A DNA stretch of 64,000 nucleotides, taken from IMG/VR virus record IMGVR_UViG_3300045974_000198. The stretch is one strand, 5' to 3'. This document shows positions 17,690-27,370 of this stretch, one piece after another. The stretch's first letter is position 1. Every line of letters starts with the position of its first letter. The translations under genes were made by a program, and so were the position numbers. Under the pieces are notes generated by a model. The model did not search any database. It saw only the letters and a program-made list of their open reading frames with translations, and was not told the DNA's origin. The DNA is from a virus.

Positions 17690-18882
17690 GAAGAAGATGC
17701 TGCTATTGTGGTAAGCTGACTTTTAAGTGGCAGCGTATTAATGGTGGCCCTTGGCATTGTTATGATGGATGCTTTTCTACAACACAGTGGGACCATCGAG
17801 CTGATGATGGAATACCTATCTGGTATAGCAATGAAGAGCGTAAGGCCCATGTCAACAAAGCATAAGAATTTTCACCCTGCTATCTGTGGAATGCTTGACA
17901 TATTTGATGAGTTATATCTTTGTGCCCTTGTAAGGTCTAAGACTATCATCAAGGACGGTGTTGAGGTAGATGAGATAACAAGAGCTAAGGCTGAAGCCAC
18001 AGCAAGTGCTTATGCTTTTATGAAGATGATGCTTATGCAAATGGATAAGGAGCTATAAATATGATACCTGCTAGTTATAGAAAAGCTGAATTACAGGCAT
18101 GCATGCTATGTGTATACTCTGACTATAATATGAAAGAGAATGTATGGAAATGCTGCAAATTAACTGACACAAATGGTAATCCTATACCAGTAAATATGGA
18201 CTATGTTTGTGATGAATTTGCCAAGCCATGATATGTCCAGAAGGCTTGCAATTAGGCACTGACTTTGGTAATTGGCCTGCATGTCTTGAATGTCAGCTTA
18301 ACAAAGTTTATAAAGAGTGTAAAAAGCAACACTATTCATGCTATAGTAAGGTTGGGTTATCTGAAGGTTCAGCTATCTACCTCGCTAAGAAACTTGCCGG
18401 TTCACATTATAAATGCCCATACTGTTTGGATTGGCATGTAAGCACAAGGAGTTTTCCTGGTGTGGATAACTACTAAGATAGAAGACGTTGAAATAAAGTA
18501 TTCGTATGAGCCTCATCAGTTTGTGAAGTTATATAAATCAATACCTTGGCTCGTATGTAAGTCTTGTGGAATGGTTTTATTAAGGAATGATTTTACAAGA
18601 TGGTGTAATAAAATGGGATGTCTAAATGAATATCACCCTGGATATAAGAATGCAATGAGGAAATAATGAAACCTGTATACTGTTGTGATTGTAAGTGGCT
18701 CAAGAGACAAGCGAATAAATGCTATCACTTGTGCAGACACCCAAATAATATATTTGTTTCTAACTACTGGTTTGGCTTCCAAATGAAGTATAAGTCTGAG
18801 CCGCAGGAAAGAAACGGGTGGAATAACTGCGAACTTTATGAGCCTACTCTTTTCGCAAGACTAAAGGCTAAAGGAAAAGAAT

Positions 18883-19230
18883 ATGTGGAACTGCTGGAAA
18901 GCATCGTCAATTGAAGAAATTCCTGAGCTTGAGTTAGCAGCTTGGAAAATATATGAAGTATCTTCTCCATTATGGGAAGGAAGGACACGTCACTTCTCTG
19001 GCTATAACCTTACTGAAATGGAAGGTAGAGCATCTAATGTTATTGTTGATTTTGACTATGATGCTTTTGTAGGTATCACTAAATCAGGTCGTAAGTATCG
19101 TCTTGTTGGTAATCGTGTAACTATGGGCGAGCAAGGTGATGCTGATTATGTCTGGACTTACTATGTAGCGAGCAATCAACTATTTGATGTCGTAGACGTA
19201 AGTGCGGAGTATAAATGCAAATCAGAATAG
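18883..19230 (+). CDS. conserved hypothetical phage protein
   Basis: W-x-I...HF.G...GR.S...GITKSGRKYRLVG pattern. Confidence 0.55.
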   Translation: MWNCWKASSIEEIPELELAAWKIYEVSSPLWEGRTRHFSGYNLTEMEGRASNVIVDFDYDAFVGITKSGRKYRLVGNRVTMGEQGDADYVWTYYVASNQLFDVVDVSAEYKCKSE

Positions 19231-19471
19231 TTGGCATTAGATATAAGGTGGGACACTGTCGTAAATGTGGTGCTTATGGAGAGTTAACTCCAACTGGTCA
19301 GTGCTATCAGTGCTCATGGTGACATATGAGAGAGCATAGGTGTAAAGAGCTAGACTGGTGCATATGTAGCACAACTGCAGACGAGCCTAATGATGAGTGT
19401 CCAGTACATGCTGCTGGTATCTGGCCACCAAGATGTGTTATCTGCGGAAGATTTATGAGGAGATTATACCA

Positions 19472-20503
19472 ATGAATTTAATTATGAAGGCTGTTGCGGG
19501 TTCGCACTTGTATGGCACTGATACTCCTGCTTCTGATAGAGATTGGAAGGGTGTGGCGTTACCAACATGGGAACAAGTTGCTTTAGGTCAAATTCCAAAG
19601 CAGATGGCACATCTATCTACTAATAGTAGCTCTTCAAAGAACTCTGCTGAAGATGTTGACGTTGAGATCTTCAGTATTCATGAGTTTATAAAATTGGCTC
19701 TACAGGGTCAGACAGTAGCATTTGATATGTTACATACACCTGTTGAGTATCAGACCGTTAGAAGTCAAATATGGGATGATCTGATAGCAAATAGACATCA
19801 TTTCTATAGCCGCAATATCCATGCTTTCATTGGCTATGCTCGTGGACAGGCTACTAAGTATGGTGTCAAGGGCAGTCGGCTTAATGATGCTAAGGCTGTC
19901 ATGGAATGGCTAATAGAACAGACGCTTACTAAACATCATAGTGCTCGTATTCTTGAGTGTGACCTTAAGACATTTCCTGTAGGTGAACATATCAGGTGGC
20001 ATGTAGGAGCTTATGTCCCCGTGCTTCCTCCTCAAGAGAATGATGTTAGACAATTTTCTGGCACAGACATGGTTGAGGTATGTAGTCGTAAGATACTACT
20101 TAACAGTTCGCTTGGCTATGCCTATGATATGGTCAAGATCTGGCATGATTCATATGGTGAGAGGGCTAAGAAAGCTGCTACTGATGGTGGTGTTGACTGG
20201 AAAGCTATATCACATGCGTTCAGAGTGACTTATGAAGCTAAAGAACTCTTTGAAATTGGCACTATAACATTTCCAAGACCAGAGCGTGCATTCTTACTTA
20301 ACATTAAGCTAGGTAAGATGCGCTACGACCATATAGGTCCTATGCTTGATGACCTTATTGATGAAGTTGAAAAGCTTAGAGACACTACTTTGCTACCTGT
20401 AAGTCCTAACAAGGAATTCTGGGATGAATGGCTAATAAATGTAATCAAACATTCCGTTGTGCCAAGTGGCATATATGGTAGCGGATATTCACAGAGGCAA
20501 TAA
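19472..20503 (+). CDS. RlaP-like Pol-beta-superfamily nucleotidyltransferase
   Basis: GSHLYGTDTPASDRDWKGV motif and DWKAISHAFR C-terminal motif. Confidence 0.8.
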   Translation: MNLIMKAVAGSHLYGTDTPASDRDWKGVALPTWEQVALGQIPKQMAHLSTNSSSSKNSAEDVDVEIFSIHEFIKLALQGQTVAFDMLHTPVEYQTVRSQIWDDLIANRHHFYSRNIHAFIGYARGQATKYGVKGSRLNDAKAVMEWLIEQTLTKHHSARILECDLKTFPVGEHIRWHVGAYVPVLPPQENDVRQFSGTDMVEVCSRKILLNSSLGYAYDMVKIWHDSYGERAKKAATDGGVDWKAISHAFRVTYEAKELFEIGTITFPRPERAFLLNIKLGKMRYDHIGPMLDDLIDEVEKLRDTTLLPVSPNKEFWDEWLINVIKHSVVPSGIYGSGYSQRQ

Positions 20504-21534
20504 TGAAACAATATGATCTAATAGTAGTTACCGGACGCTTTCAACCATTCCATAATGGTCATTATAGTCTCTTAGCTAAAGCGCTAGAGCTTGCTAAAGA
20601 CGTTCTTGTGCTTATTGGTTCTGCTAAACAGCCAAGGACTATAAAGAATCCCTTTACTGCAGAAGAGCGTGGTGGTATGATAGCGGAAGCATTATCATAT
20701 CCTATAGCTTCTAATGTGCATTTTGGGACATTGATTGATACTCCTTATGATAACAGCAAGTGGGCTCAACAAGTAAAGTGCAAAGTAGGTGCAAGCTTTG
20801 TTTTATGTGGTATTGATAAGCCTAAGATTGGTATCTTGGGTTACAAGAAAGATAACTCTTCATTCTATCTTGACTTGTTCCCTGAATGGGACTTCATTGA
20901 TGCGGCTGAGATCTTTATACCTAAGCTCGATGCTACAGATATAAGACACCATTACTTTAGAGATATCTATCCGCAAGCTGACAAGTATATTGCAGATAGG
21001 TGTCCTCAGTCTACCTTGCGCTTCTTGAAAGAGTTTAGGAAGACATCAATGTATGCTAATCTGGTAATGGAAGATGATTACTATACAAGGTATCATAATG
21101 CATGGGCTAAGGCTCCATATCCTCCGATCTTTGTTACTGTAGATGCCTGTGTATTTCATGGACCTACAGAAACAATTCTTCTCATTAAGCGTAAAAATCA
21201 TCCTGGTAAAGATCTTTGGGCTCTACCTGGTGGCTTTGTAAATTTGGATGAGAAGCTTGATGATGCTGTCTTGAGGGAACTCCAAGAGGAAACTGGGCTT
21301 GTGCTATCTCATGAGCATGAAGGATTTAAAGAAACATTTGACCTTCCAACAAGAAGCCTCAGAGGTAGGAGTATAACTTTTGGCTACCTCTTTATATTAG
21401 AAGGAGAGTGTCCAGAGATAACTGCTGCAGATGATGCAGTTGATTATGTATGGTGGCCAATATATGAAATAGACCAATTGTCTGATATGTTGTTTGAGGA
21501 TCACTTGTCGATTATAAAACGAATGACACGATAG
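20503..21534 (+). CDS. nadM: bifunctional NMN adenylyltransferase / Nudix (NadM-Nudix)
   Basis: GRFQPFHNGH, KNPFTAEER, DATDIR; Nudix box GGFVNLDE..DAVLRELQEETG. Confidence 0.92.
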   Translation: MKQYDLIVVTGRFQPFHNGHYSLLAKALELAKDVLVLIGSAKQPRTIKNPFTAEERGGMIAEALSYPIASNVHFGTLIDTPYDNSKWAQQVKCKVGASFVLCGIDKPKIGILGYKKDNSSFYLDLFPEWDFIDAAEIFIPKLDATDIRHHYFRDIYPQADKYIADRCPQSTLRFLKEFRKTSMYANLVMEDDYYTRYHNAWAKAPYPPIFVTVDACVFHGPTETILLIKRKNHPGKDLWALPGGFVNLDEKLDDAVLRELQEETGLVLSHEHEGFKETFDLPTRSLRGRSITFGYLFILEGECPEITAADDAVDYVWWPIYEIDQLSDMLFEDHLSIIKRMTR

Positions 21535-21549
21535 AAAGGAAAAACGACT

Positions 21550-22971
21550 ATGTCGATGAATACAAATCCGCTGTTCAAGAGTGACAGCTATAAGCTAAGT
21601 CACTGGCTTCAATATCCTCATAATACTTCTAAGTATTTTGGTTATGGTGAGGCTCGTGGTGGTAAGTATAAACAATCTCTGATGTTTGGTATGGAGATAT
21701 TGCTTCAACATAATCTATCCAAGCCTATTAAGGTGGAGCATATCCAAGAAATGGAAGAGTTTGCTGCTTTGCATGGTGAGCCCTTTAATAAAACTGGATG
21801 GATGCACATAGTCAATAAGTATGGTGGATACTGGCCTGTTACTATTATGGCAGCAAAGGAAGGTGAAATCATTCCTGAGCGTAATGTTCTTTATACAGTC
21901 GAGTCTGAAGAAGACCCTTTGGCCTTCTGGGCTGGCTCGTATATTGAAGCACAAGTGCTGCGTGGTATTTATTACCCAACTACGGTGGCTACTAAGTCGC
22001 ACCAATGTAAGGAGACTATTTATCATTTCCTTAAACTCACTGCTGATGATCCTGCCAATGAGCTACTCTTTAAGCTTCATGATTTTGGTGCTCGTGGGGT
22101 TAGTTCTGGCGAAAGTGCTGAAATAGGTGGTTGTGCTCATTTAGTAAACTTCTTAGGTTCTGATACTATGGAAGGTGTCTGGACTGCCAATAAGTTCTAC
22201 AAGAGCGCAATGGCTGGCTTCTCTATACCTGCTGCTGAACATTCTACTATTACTTCTTGGTTAAGAAGTGGAGAGAAGGATGCTTACATCAATATGATTA
22301 AGCAGTATGGTAAGCAGGGTGCTATGTTTGCCGTTGTGTCTGATAGCTGGAGCATCAAGGCAGCTTGTGAAATGTGGGCTGGAGAGCTTAAAGAGCTTGT
22401 TGTTAATTCTGGTGCTACACTTGTTGTTAGGCCTGACTCTGGTGATCCTGAAGCTATTATCCCCATGTGCCTTGAGAGACTAGCTGATGGTTACGGCTAC
22501 ACTATAAATTCTAAGGGCTATAAGGTGCTCAATAATGTGCGTCTTATCCAGGGTGACAGAGTAAGCAACTCTATGATTGCCAATATACTTGGCAAGATGA
22601 TGGTGCTTGGTTGGTCTGCAAGCAATATTGCTTTTGGTATGGGTGGCGAGCTTCTTCAGATTATTAATCGTGATGATGGTGGCTGGGCTATGAAGTGTAG
22701 CTGGCTTGAGGTAGATGGTGAAGGTAGAGATATCTATAAAGACCCTGATACTGAACCATATAAGAAGAGCAAGAAAGGCCAGATGATGCTCTATAAAGAC
22801 TGTGAAGATAAATACTTCAGTGCTGAACCAGGTCTTGATAATGCATCTTGGATGGATAAGGTAGTTCTGCCTACTGCTCAACTTGAACTACGCTTTAAGA
22901 TTGGTGAGATATTTAACTCACCTACTCTCGGAGAAGTGAGATATCCAACATGGTCGAAGTTCGGACAATAA
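21550..22971 (+). CDS. nadV: nicotinamide phosphoribosyltransferase (Nampt/NadV)
   Basis: DSYKLSH, LHDFGARG, IPAAEHS, VSDS, VRPDSGDP, IQGD and KKSKKG motifs. Confidence 0.93.
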   Translation: MSMNTNPLFKSDSYKLSHWLQYPHNTSKYFGYGEARGGKYKQSLMFGMEILLQHNLSKPIKVEHIQEMEEFAALHGEPFNKTGWMHIVNKYGGYWPVTIMAAKEGEIIPERNVLYTVESEEDPLAFWAGSYIEAQVLRGIYYPTTVATKSHQCKETIYHFLKLTADDPANELLFKLHDFGARGVSSGESAEIGGCAHLVNFLGSDTMEGVWTANKFYKSAMAGFSIPAAEHSTITSWLRSGEKDAYINMIKQYGKQGAMFAVVSDSWSIKAACEMWAGELKELVVNSGATLVVRPDSGDPEAIIPMCLERLADGYGYTINSKGYKVLNNVRLIQGDRVSNSMIANILGKMMVLGWSASNIAFGMGGELLQIINRDDGGWAMKCSWLEVDGEGRDIYKDPDTEPYKKSKKGQMMLYKDCEDKYFSAEPGLDNASWMDKVVLPTAQLELRFKIGEIFNSPTLGEVRYPTWSKFGQ

Positions 22972-23088
22972 CGCAGCAGCTTGACGAAGTTATGGCTAAA
23001 CTAACAGAATACCTGATGAGGCCTTCCGAAGATGGGAGGCCCATTAGGCAAGTCTTAAGAAGCGAGCTATACCATATGCTTATGAGAT

Positions 23089-23457
23089 ATGAACTTGGAG
23101 GCAGACATGCAAATGAAACTTGAGATATTATCTCAAAGATGTGCAGATACACATACGTCTGATGATGTGTGGGAGCATCTGGAAGAAGAGCTTGCTGAAC
23201 TATTACTTGCTATCAAGCGTGTTCGTAGACAGAGGTCATTCCTTCCAGAAGTTATTGAAGAGCTTATTGATGTCAAGATAGAAATCAATACAGTTCTTAC
23301 ACAGTTGAATATGTCTGAAGCTACTGATGCTATGCTTGCCAGAAAGCTTGAGAAGTTTGAGACTATGTTGCTTAAGGAAGAAAAAGATGGTAAGTTTCCT
23401 ATAAGCAGATATAGGTCTATACCTTCTATCTACGGTGATGCTACGGCATTAAAATAG
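23089..23457 (+). CDS. MazG-like NTP pyrophosphohydrolase
   Basis: EEELAELL...EELIDV helical motif. Confidence 0.6.
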   Translation: MNLEADMQMKLEILSQRCADTHTSDDVWEHLEEELAELLLAIKRVRRQRSFLPEVIEELIDVKIEINTVLTQLNMSEATDAMLARKLEKFETMLLKEEKDGKFPISRYRSIPSIYGDATALK

Positions 23458-23506
23458 CATATTACTTCATGATTTGTCTTGTAATAGGGCATTAGGATAG
23501 CATATT

Positions 23507-23725
23507 ATGAAAAAGCGAGATATCAGACGACATCATAGAGCGAGACTTCAAGCAAAGCGTAGCAAGTATCACTGGGGAATGAGATTAACAACTGCTGAAC
23601 AAAAGGGAAAGGTTGTAGATACACCTACACCATGTAGCTGTGCTATGTGTGGCAATCCTCGTAAATGGTTTAGGCAGAAAACAATACAAGAGCGTAAATA
23701 CGCACAAGAGGAAACAGATTACTAA
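23507..23725 (+). CDS. basic Cys-containing phage protein
   Basis: PCSCAMCGNPR motif. Confidence 0.55.
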   Translation: MKKRDIRRHHRARLQAKRSKYHWGMRLTTAEQKGKVVDTPTPCSCAMCGNPRKWFRQKTIQERKYAQEETDY

Positions 23726-24360
23726 TGGATATACTTATAGCTGGAACAATTGGATTTTTTATGGCACCTATGATATACTGGAGCCTTCTCGTAATTCTCT
23801 TCATTACGTTAGTGGTATTTGAAGAGAGAGATCTTATTACTGGTGGAACACTAGTTACCCTTGCTATCCTTTGGGTGGCTTCACAGCCTTATGGTGGGTT
23901 GAGTGCTATCTTTGCCGCCATTAAGACTGCACCTATATGGATTGCAATTGGCTTTATTGCCTTCATTGCTGCTGGTGTTGTGTGGGCTTTCTTTAAGTGG
24001 TCTCTGTATATTGGAGATGCAGTAAAGGTATTCCAGTATCTTAAAGTTGAGTTTATGGGTCTCTCGAAAATAGAGACTGAGAGCGAGATACTAGTCCCTG
24101 CTTTCATAGAGTGGCTTAGTCGTCGTAGCACTTACTCGAGTATAAATATCAAAAAGCTGGAAGATGTCATTCCTAGTGCTTCTATGAAGAAAAAGAAGAT
24201 AACCTCATGGATTATGTTCTGGCCTGCATCTGCAGTGTGGTTTCTAGTGAACGATCCTGTCAGGAGAGCTGCTGAATGGGTCTTCGAGAAGATTAAAGGT
24301 GCCTTTGAAGCTATTGCTAAACGTGCTTTTGGTAAAGCATTTAGTGGGATTGGCAAGTAA
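23725..24360 (+). CDS. multi-pass membrane protein
   Basis: Several hydrophobic helices. Confidence 0.65.
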   Translation: MDILIAGTIGFFMAPMIYWSLLVILFITLVVFEERDLITGGTLVTLAILWVASQPYGGLSAIFAAIKTAPIWIAIGFIAFIAAGVVWAFFKWSLYIGDAVKVFQYLKVEFMGLSKIETESEILVPAFIEWLSRRSTYSSINIKKLEDVIPSASMKKKKITSWIMFWPASAVWFLVNDPVRRAAEWVFEKIKGAFEAIAKRAFGKAFSGIGK

Positions 24361-24746
24361 TGGAACCAGTAACTGTTCAGATAGTCATTGATGTAGCAAC
24401 TATTGCTAAGGAGATTGCTGCTGGTGCTATTGCTGTGCATCAACAGACTCATAGTGAAAGAATGTTGCAGTATTACATGGATACGTGTGAGAATATTGTC
24501 GATAGAGTGAAAGAGCTCATCAGCAAATAACAGGTCAAGGAGAAGACATGGCAAAGAGTCGGATTGACACAAAAGAGCAGAGAAAGAAAGAAGCAGAGGC
24601 ACGCAATAATCTGTGGGCTAACAAATCACCTGCAGAGCAACTTGCCAGCCTTGATTATCGTGGTGTAGTTGCAGCAAAACAGAGAGCCAAGATTCAGAAG
24701 AAGATTGGCGAGTAATTTTATACAACTTTTAAAGGAAGGTACTACC

Positions 24747-25091
24747 ATGGAAGCAAAACAAATTATGCCTCCTTACCGCAATGGTCAAGGACACGTTTAC
24801 ATCCGAATGGAAAAGAATCTTATGGAAGGTAAGATGCTTATTCCTGGAACCAAAGAAGGGATCATGTATCTTGATGCCCCTGCACATCGGCGTATTATTG
24901 GTGCCGAAAGAGCTGAAGCAGCAGTTGAATTTCATGATTTTCTGGAAGTTTGCCGTGAAGAAGATCTCGATGTTATCATCTGCCCTAATGGCGTTATCAT
25001 TGTCTCTGATATTGATGACATTCAAGGCGCTGGTGAGACTATCCGTGAAGCCTATTTCCACTATCAAGTGGAACTTGAGAACGCTGAGTAA
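24747..25091 (+). CDS. hypothetical protein
   Basis: AAGGAAGG RBS before ATG 24747. Confidence 0.55.
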   Translation: MEAKQIMPPYRNGQGHVYIRMEKNLMEGKMLIPGTKEGIMYLDAPAHRRIIGAERAEAAVEFHDFLEVCREEDLDVIICPNGVIIVSDIDDIQGAGETIREAYFHYQVELENAE

Positions 25092-25141
25092 TAATATAAT
25101 AAGAAAATATTATAACCTTAGTTATTAACAAGAAAAGATGT

Positions 25142-25215
25142 AGCCCAATAGCTGAGGGGTTTAGCAGAGTCTTGATAAGGCTCAGAGGATGGTTCGAGAC
25201 CATCTTGGGCTACCA
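25142..25215 (+). tRNA. trnI: tRNA-Ile(GAT)
   Basis: GAGTC-TTGATAA-GGCTC; encoded CCA. Confidence 0.82.
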
Positions 25216-25223
25216 AATAATAT

Positions 25224-25298
25224 TCCATCTAACGCGCCGGGTGCGCGAAATGACTGTTAATCATTTGCAGGTAGGTTCAAGCCCTACAGGTGGAGCCA
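25224..25298 (+). tRNA. trnN: tRNA-Asn(GTT)
   Basis: AATGA-CTGTTAA-TCATT; encoded CCA. Confidence 0.85.
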
Positions 25299-25568
25299 AT
25301 GTAAAGAGATTGACCGGCCTAACCCTAAGCGACGGCAAGAGGATTGTAACTGAGTGATATCCCAGGTTACATTAACCGGTCTCTTTACGATAAAGGATAA
25401 AACAATGAGACCAGGTCCACTAATGTATGCATGTGTAGTCTTCTTTGTGCTATCAATTGGATCAATAGCCGCAGATGATGGTAAAGCAAAATTTGCAAGG
25501 CCATATATGGTAGGATGCTTACTAGCAGGGTGTATGGCTGCAGCATGTAAAGAAGATTAAATAATTGA

Positions 25569-25645
25569 TGCGAAGTATGGAAGTGGTCTATCCGCCGAGG
25601 TTCATATCCTCGGAATCGTTGGTTCGAATCCAACCTTCGCTCCCA
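25569..25645 (+). tRNA. trnM: tRNA-Met(CAT), initiator-like 1-72 mismatch
   Basis: CGAGG-TTCATAT-CCTCG; unpaired first base; encoded CCA. Confidence 0.8.
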
Positions 25646-25762
25646 ATTGTTCTGGTTTATAGTTCTTTGGATGATATTCGCACCAAGTGCACCTGACAGC
25701 AATTCCGTGTTTCATTAAATATCTAAATATTCCACATTTATCATTGTCAGGTATTACCATAG

Positions 25763-25969
25763 CTAACTCCTCTTTGTGTTTCTATAGCTTGTAGCACAAG
25801 ATAAGTTACAGAATTTCTTAGCTCGTGCATCCTTCACTTTCATTGTTTCTGTGACATCAATAATTTTGTCACATAGTAGACATCTGTTAGGATCAGCATA
25901 ATAGCGAGTAAGCGCTTCATTTCTCAACTTAGCAGCAGTGATCTTTCCACCTGTAGATTGTTTAGACAT
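25763..25969 (-). CDS. zinc-binding protein resembling an HNH N-terminal module
   Basis: GGAGG RBS on the minus strand; CLLC and FCNLSCA motifs. Confidence 0.6.
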   Translation of the reverse strand: MSKQSTGGKITAAKLRNEALTRYYADPNRCLLCDKIIDVTETMKVKDARAKKFCNLSCATSYRNTKRS

Positions 25970-26009
25970 AAATTCACCTCCGAGTGATTTGTGTGTTAAT
26001 AACTGTATA

Positions 26010-26028
26010 CAGCTACCCCCTGCGCTTG
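26010..26028 (+). repeat. GCTACCCCCTGCGCTTG motif, copy 2
   Basis: Identical core to 10323 and 34504. Confidence 0.75.
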
Positions 26029-26246
26029 TTGAAATCCTTATAAAAACTTTTTTGATTTTTACAAAATTTTCATACAGAGGAAAACATGGACCGTTTAGAT
26101 ATTGAATATGCCCTTAAGATAGTGAAGACCGGTGACTACGATGGTAGAGAGGTCTGGGTATCACGAGTGTTAGCTTCTGAGTTGTTAAGATTGAGATTAA
26201 TTATAAAAGAAGCATTCAATGATTCTTGTCAGCATGAAAAGATTTA

Positions 26247-26272
26247 GCTTCCATAGCTCAGTAGGGAGAGCA
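26247..26272 (+). pseudogene. orphan 5' half of a tRNA (Thr-like body)
   Basis: GCTTCCA + D arm; complementary to TGGAAGC at 26894-26900. Confidence 0.7.
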
Positions 26273-26318
26273 CCTTAGTTATTAACAGCTAGGCTATATG
26301 CCACTGGAGGTAACTAAG

Positions 26319-26801
26319 ATGAAAGTTTGTGCAAAATGTGGTAATGAATTTAAGCTTTTCATAAAGATTGATGGTAAGCAGAGAAACTTAAAGAACAGAA
26401 AGTTCTGCTTAGATTGCTCACCATTTGGAGAACATAATACAAGAGGATTGATCTCAGACAAGAAAATACATGAAAGTGTTTGTATATCATGTGGTCGAGA
26501 TTTTGTATATGTGAGAGAAGCTGGGCATAGTAAAGGCAAGTGTAATACTTGCTGGACTAATGAAAAACGAAGAGCACTAAAGATTAAGGCTATTGAATAT
26601 TTAGGTGGCCAATGCTCAGTTTGTGGTTATAGCAAATGCACGGGTGCACTTGACTTCCACCATAAGGACCCTAAAGCAAAAGAGTTTGGCTTATCACATA
26701 AGAATTATATTAAGTGGGAAGCTATGAAAGCTGAATTAGATAAATGTATACTATTATGTGCTAATTGCCATAGAGAATTGCATTCTGGGCTGTTAGCTTA
26801 G
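26319..26801 (+). CDS. HNH homing endonuclease (paralog of 10554-10892)
   Basis: YLGGQCSVCGY, LDFHHKDP, KCILLCANCHRE; TAG stop lies inside the following tRNA. Confidence 0.85.
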   Translation: MKVCAKCGNEFKLFIKIDGKQRNLKNRKFCLDCSPFGEHNTRGLISDKKIHESVCISCGRDFVYVREAGHSKGKCNTCWTNEKRRALKIKAIEYLGGQCSVCGYSKCTGALDFHHKDPKAKEFGLSHKNYIKWEAMKAELDKCILLCANCHRELHSGLLA

Positions 26802-26862
26802 TGGCTTAAAGCAGGGCTCTCTAAAAGCCCGACCATGGGTTCAAGTCCCATACAGCTCACCA
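26787..26862 (+). tRNA. amber suppressor tRNA (CTA anticodon)
   Basis: Canonical 76-nt cloverleaf: GGGCTGT/ACAGCTC, GGGCT-CTCTAAA-AGCCC, ATGGG-TTCAAGT-CCCAT, ACCA. Confidence 0.88.
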
Positions 26863-26872
26863 ATTACGCTTC

Positions 26873-26904
26873 GGTCGTCGGTTCGACTCCGACTGGAAGC
26901 ACCA
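26873..26904 (+). pseudogene. orphan 3' half (variable loop, T arm, acceptor strand, ACCA)
   Basis: GGTC-GTCGG-TTCGACT-CCGAC-TGGAAGC-ACCA. Confidence 0.75.
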
Positions 26905-26949
26905 AGAAGTCCTACGAAAGTAGGCATATTACATCAAAAGGAGTTTCCT

Positions 26950-26982
26950 ATGAAAACGCTTTAGGTTGCAAGGCCTCCATAA
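26950..26982 (+). CDS. leader mini-ORF MKTL(TAG)VARPP(TAA)
   Basis: AAGGAG RBS 6 nt upstream; internal amber at codon 5. Confidence 0.45.
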
Positions 26983-27073
26983 CTCCATAAATTTAGGATA
27001 GCTCGAATTGACGCATAGAGAGAAATCTCTAGGATGAGGCTCTTAACCAATCCACTAAATTTGGAGAATAACT

Positions 27074-27370
27074 ATGGAAAGCATATTTGAGACAAGAGAA
27101 GAATATTTCGCCTTCGTTAAGGCATGGAAAACAACGTATAATTCTGAAGACAGGAGCCAGCTTACTTTTCAGCACTATCTATTATATAGGCTGTTTAAGG
27201 GCAAGGATCCTGAGGCATGTATAGCCAAGACCAGTTCTCAGTTTACAAAACAGAGAGCAAAGCACTGGTTGGAAAAATGTAAGCCTGAAAACCTTTCCTT
27301 GTGGCCGTTCGGTGGGTCAATCACCCCTGAGATGGCAACTAAAGCAAGAGTAATTATGGGGTATATATAA
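27074..27370 (+). CDS. hypothetical protein coupled to the Pth-like gene
   Basis: GGAG RBS; TAA overlaps the next ATG (TAATG). Confidence 0.7.
   Translation: MESIFETREEYFAFVKAWKTTYNSEDRSQLTFQHYLLYRLFKGKDPEACIAKTSSQFTKQRAKHWLEKCKPENLSLWPFGGSITPEMATKARVIMGYI

Larger units (their letters stand above)
26273..26872 (+). mobile_element. HNH + amber-suppressor tRNA cassette inside a split tRNA
   Basis: Same architecture as 10498-10946. Confidence 0.65.

Noticed and set aside
25763-25765. Amber read-through of the minus-strand zinc ORF into a full HNH
   Set aside because: A TAA follows two codons after the TAG.
26787-26862. Pyrrolysine tRNA
   Set aside because: It has a canonical D loop with GG, a TTC T loop and a 5-bp anticodon stem, unlike tRNA-Pyl; no pyl genes are seen.
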